Below are positions 60,920-64,000 of a DNA stretch of 64,000 nt, one piece after another. The notes under the pieces are model-generated. The model did no database searches. It saw only the letters and a program-made list of their open reading frames with translations, and was not told where the DNA came from. The position numbers and the translations under genes are program-made. This DNA is from Basidiobolus meristosporus CBS 931.73 (Eukaryota > Fungi > Basidiobolomycota): NCBI GenBank assembly GCA_002104905.1, contig MCFE01000150.1, positions 1 to 64,000 of the forward strand, read 5' to 3'. Within the stretch, counting starts at the first letter, position 1; each line of letters begins with the position of its first letter.

Positions 60920-63900
60920 ACTGATAGCCAACTGACCTTAGAGTCACTACTTGTGGATATTTAGAGTAGGTATCTTTTATTACATTTGATTCTTTCCCAA
61001 GTCTGTTCTTGTATAGGTAAAGATACTTTTCTGTCTTTGTCACTTTTGACCACAGCTGCATTCTTATCAAGTCCCTGCTGGTGGAGCTTACAGTTGTTTT
61101 GACTCTGGAAGCTTCAGTATGTTGTCATCTCAAAGAATGCTGGGCCCAGCACATACTTTTGTTAAGATGCCAATTTAATTGGGGATTGTAGCTTTGCTCC
61201 CCATCACATTGGTTTAGCGACAGAACCCAGGTATTCCTAGCAAGCTTTTGCCAGAGGTTATTGCACCTAGTGAACACCCCACAAAAAAAACACTTGAGAA
61301 GTGTTAGACATATCTCTCCCTTGGGCTTATACACCACCACAGTGCTTCAAATTTGGGCAGTATCCATACTTTAGGTATTAAGATTCCTTCCAGATGGTCA
61401 AATACCTTTGTTGCAGGTATCATTCTTCTCTTTGTCAAATACGCTATTGATGTCTCTAATAAGATCCCCATCTAACCGGTAGATGGTTCTTATTTTGCCT
61501 TTTGTGCCATGATTGGTGACTGTGATGGTTTCACCTCTGCGATTGTCACACTATTGCTACATGCCTTGGTCTCATTGGTGATATGAATCTGTGGGATATT
61601 CTTGGTACCACATCTGAGTTCAGATGCACTGTAGAGTATGTCCATCTTATGTTGGATAAACTAACTCTTCCAAATAAGTAGGCCATTGGCTGTGATGGAT
61701 AGGACCACAACATCTTAGTTATAATCAGGTTGCCTAGACAGATGGGGCAATTAGGTACCATGCCTACAGTTGTGTCTTGATAGTTATTTGCAAGCCATAC
61801 TTCAATGGTGTCATTGAGGACTATGCCTAGCTTAGGATGCTTTGCTATTAACTATGACATGATCAATGTAGAGGATCCTATGTCATTGAGGGCAAAAATC
61901 TCCTTATTCCCTATACATACCTTTACGTATGTTGTGGTGGTGTAGAGGTACTCCTGGGAGAAGCTACACAACTCAAGGTATGTGAGGTGTCTGATGGGTG
62001 CAATAACCTCTGTGTTCAAACTGCTTGTGTCTCTGTCAATATGTCACTATGGTAAAAGCTCCTGCTTCTCTAGCTTCCTAGGTGCTCCAAGTGTCTCCAA
62101 AGGCCTCTGTGTGTCTTGTGTACTACCCTGAAAAGCTCCTTGATGGCAGGTCTGAGATGTACTGTTGAAGGCAGGAGCTGTGATCAAATGCTAATCAATA
62201 AGGTAGAAGTGTTACTAATAGAAGGGATGATTTATTGATGAGGGATTGCTTTCCCCTAAATACTTTTCCTGATTGCCAAGTGATTACCAATGACAAGGTT
62301 CTAGAATATTCCAGGCATTGGTGGAATTCTTGATGACATCACTATGAGCTAAAAATATGCCAAGAATGTCCTGGGAGGTTCTAAAAGGCACAGCACATCC
62401 AATCAATCAGGAATCAGTAGTCTGAAACCTGTGCAACATAGTGATACCATATATAATATTGAAATGGTAGAGATGGTAACACAGACCTAAGTCATGTGTC
62501 ACGGGTACTGACATGGGTACTTGCCTTATGTAGTTACATATACTGATCACAAAGCTGAATAACATCTGGGATAACTAATGCCAATAACTAATCAGGGTAA
62601 ACATCAAATGGGGATAATACTGATAATATGGGTAAAAGAAGAATGGGATAATACTGATAAGATAGAATATGGATAAGTATATCATAACAACTATATGAAT
62701 AAACTTGTCTGCGGGAGGTATGTTTACCTTACCACAATATACCCTTATTTGGCATTGGTAGGACCATCTGGTTGACCTGAAGGGTTAATATCTCCTTCAA
62801 TCCCTCTCACTAATCTTTGACTAGGGTTAGGGCAAGTCTCATTAAATTGGCTTTTGGGAGGGTTGGCTTCATCTCCTCTAGTACCTTCCTTATAGGGAGT
62901 AGACCATGGGAGGACTTACTGGCACTTGTAGTTTGCTTCAATACTTCTTCCCAAGGCCCATCCTGTACTCCTCACTCACTTCTGTGCTCTTTCCCTTTGA
63001 CAAAGCCTCTACTATGGGTTCCTTCACCTCCCATCTAGAGGCATCATTTTGATGCTTCTTCTTCTGCACTTTGACTGCTCTGACAGAGGGTGGAAATTGA
63101 CTCAGTGCCATTGGCCACCTGGTAAGGGACTCTGTCCTTGACACCTTCTTCTCCTTTGTCTCTGGTATGGGCTCTTATCTGTACTGCTTTTCACATTTGT
63201 GGGCTCTGTGGCCTATTTCTCCAAATTCATAACACAGATATTGTTGTTGTGGTTGCTCCATCTGTTGAGTCAGGGCTTGTACCTGGACCTTTAGATCTAC
63301 AACAGGTCCCAGAGCTTATTTCCTTCTTTGGGGGCTTCTTGGACATTACTGATCTAGAGTTCTTGGTTCTTTTAGTGCAATTCCTCCAACTCATGGTCTT
63401 TTGTGGAGGCTTTTTTTCATTCCTTGGTGGGGATCCCCACTCTTTGATCATGTGTATCATTAATGGGTAGCCCCCATAGCAAAATGACCTCTCTTACTTG
63501 TTTGACTAACTCTTGAAGCATTTTACATCCCTGTTGCTCTTTGGATGCCCTATGTCTTATTTTGTAGTCTAAGCCCATGATGTAATACCTCATGAGCTGT
63601 TGTTTGGCAATTTTGTCATTTGGGAGACATCAAACCTGTGGCAGAAATAGCTTAATGTGGGCTTTGTAGTTCTCACTACTCTTTTTGTGAGGACAGTAGA
63701 AGGGCTTCATATTAGTATCCTTTGGCATATAGAAAGTGTGTCTTGTAGGCTTCTTCCTGAGCATCCCAGTCACCTTTAATTACATCATCCAACCCATAGT
63801 GCTATTGCCATCCTGACTCTTTCATATATCCTGCAAACTCCCTTACTTTCTTATCATCATTGCATCCTGCATCACTGCAACTCTCTCAGACTTGTTAAGC

Positions 63901-64000
63901 CACTCAAGGGCTTTCTCTCTTCCCTTTGTATGATCTCAGTTTGATTCTAGTAGTCATTACCTCACATGGGCTTATTTCTGCAGAGATTGTACCAAATATG
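60920..64000 (-). mobile_element. Degenerate Ty3/Gypsy internal region (gag, protease, RT start)
   Basis: Gag-like DDKKVREFAGYM..W..GDWDAQEEAYKTHF (~63700-63900); retropepsin-like YVKVCIGNKEIFALNDIGSS (~61870-61929); RT-like VVVYKPKGEICL (~61310-61345). Confidence 0.7.
61930..62736 (-). mobile_element. Solo LTR family B (807 bp) inserted in the Gypsy protease region
   Basis: acgta|TGT...ACA|atata; removing it gives a continuous frame NAK*GYVKVCIG... Confidence 0.85.

Overview
Eukaryotic fungal DNA with short GT-AG introns and CTAAC/CTAAT-type branch points; gene content suggests an early-diverging fungus (inference). The window has three compartments. (1) 1-~7050: CpG-depleted transposon block with a LINE-ORF1-like frame, an LTR fragment, a degenerate full-length Ty1/copia element and a second nested pol fragment. 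(2) ~7100-46200: CpG-normal gene island with 17 supported genes, 14 on the minus strand: Avo2-like ankyrin protein, Kelch-BTB protein, dynein light chain LC8, condensin H, RFT1, an orphan, TRM61, an XLF/Nej1 candidate, a flavin-reductase-like enzyme, MsrA, a CYP86/704-like P450, an NXPE/TBL-like SGNH protein, a Ynd1 apyrase, an Ecl1-like protein, a fasciclin, a Pcl cyclin and a Crz1-like C2H2 factor. (3) ~46240-64000: CpG-depleted nested transposon block. The main discovery candidate is in block 3: a two-gene PIF/Harbinger-ISL2EU (PHIS)-type DNA transposon family. It has a short DDE_Tnp_4 transposase divergent from a second ORF, AGACTTG...CAAGTCT termini, ANT target sites, GCACTAT subterminal arrays, and its own 733-bp foldback MITE whose AAT duplication is confirmed by an empty site in the window. 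Paralogous copies and TSDs record CpG deamination directly. No rRNA, tRNA or CRISPR array was seen. Coordinates, counts and identities were read by eye; no database searches were run.
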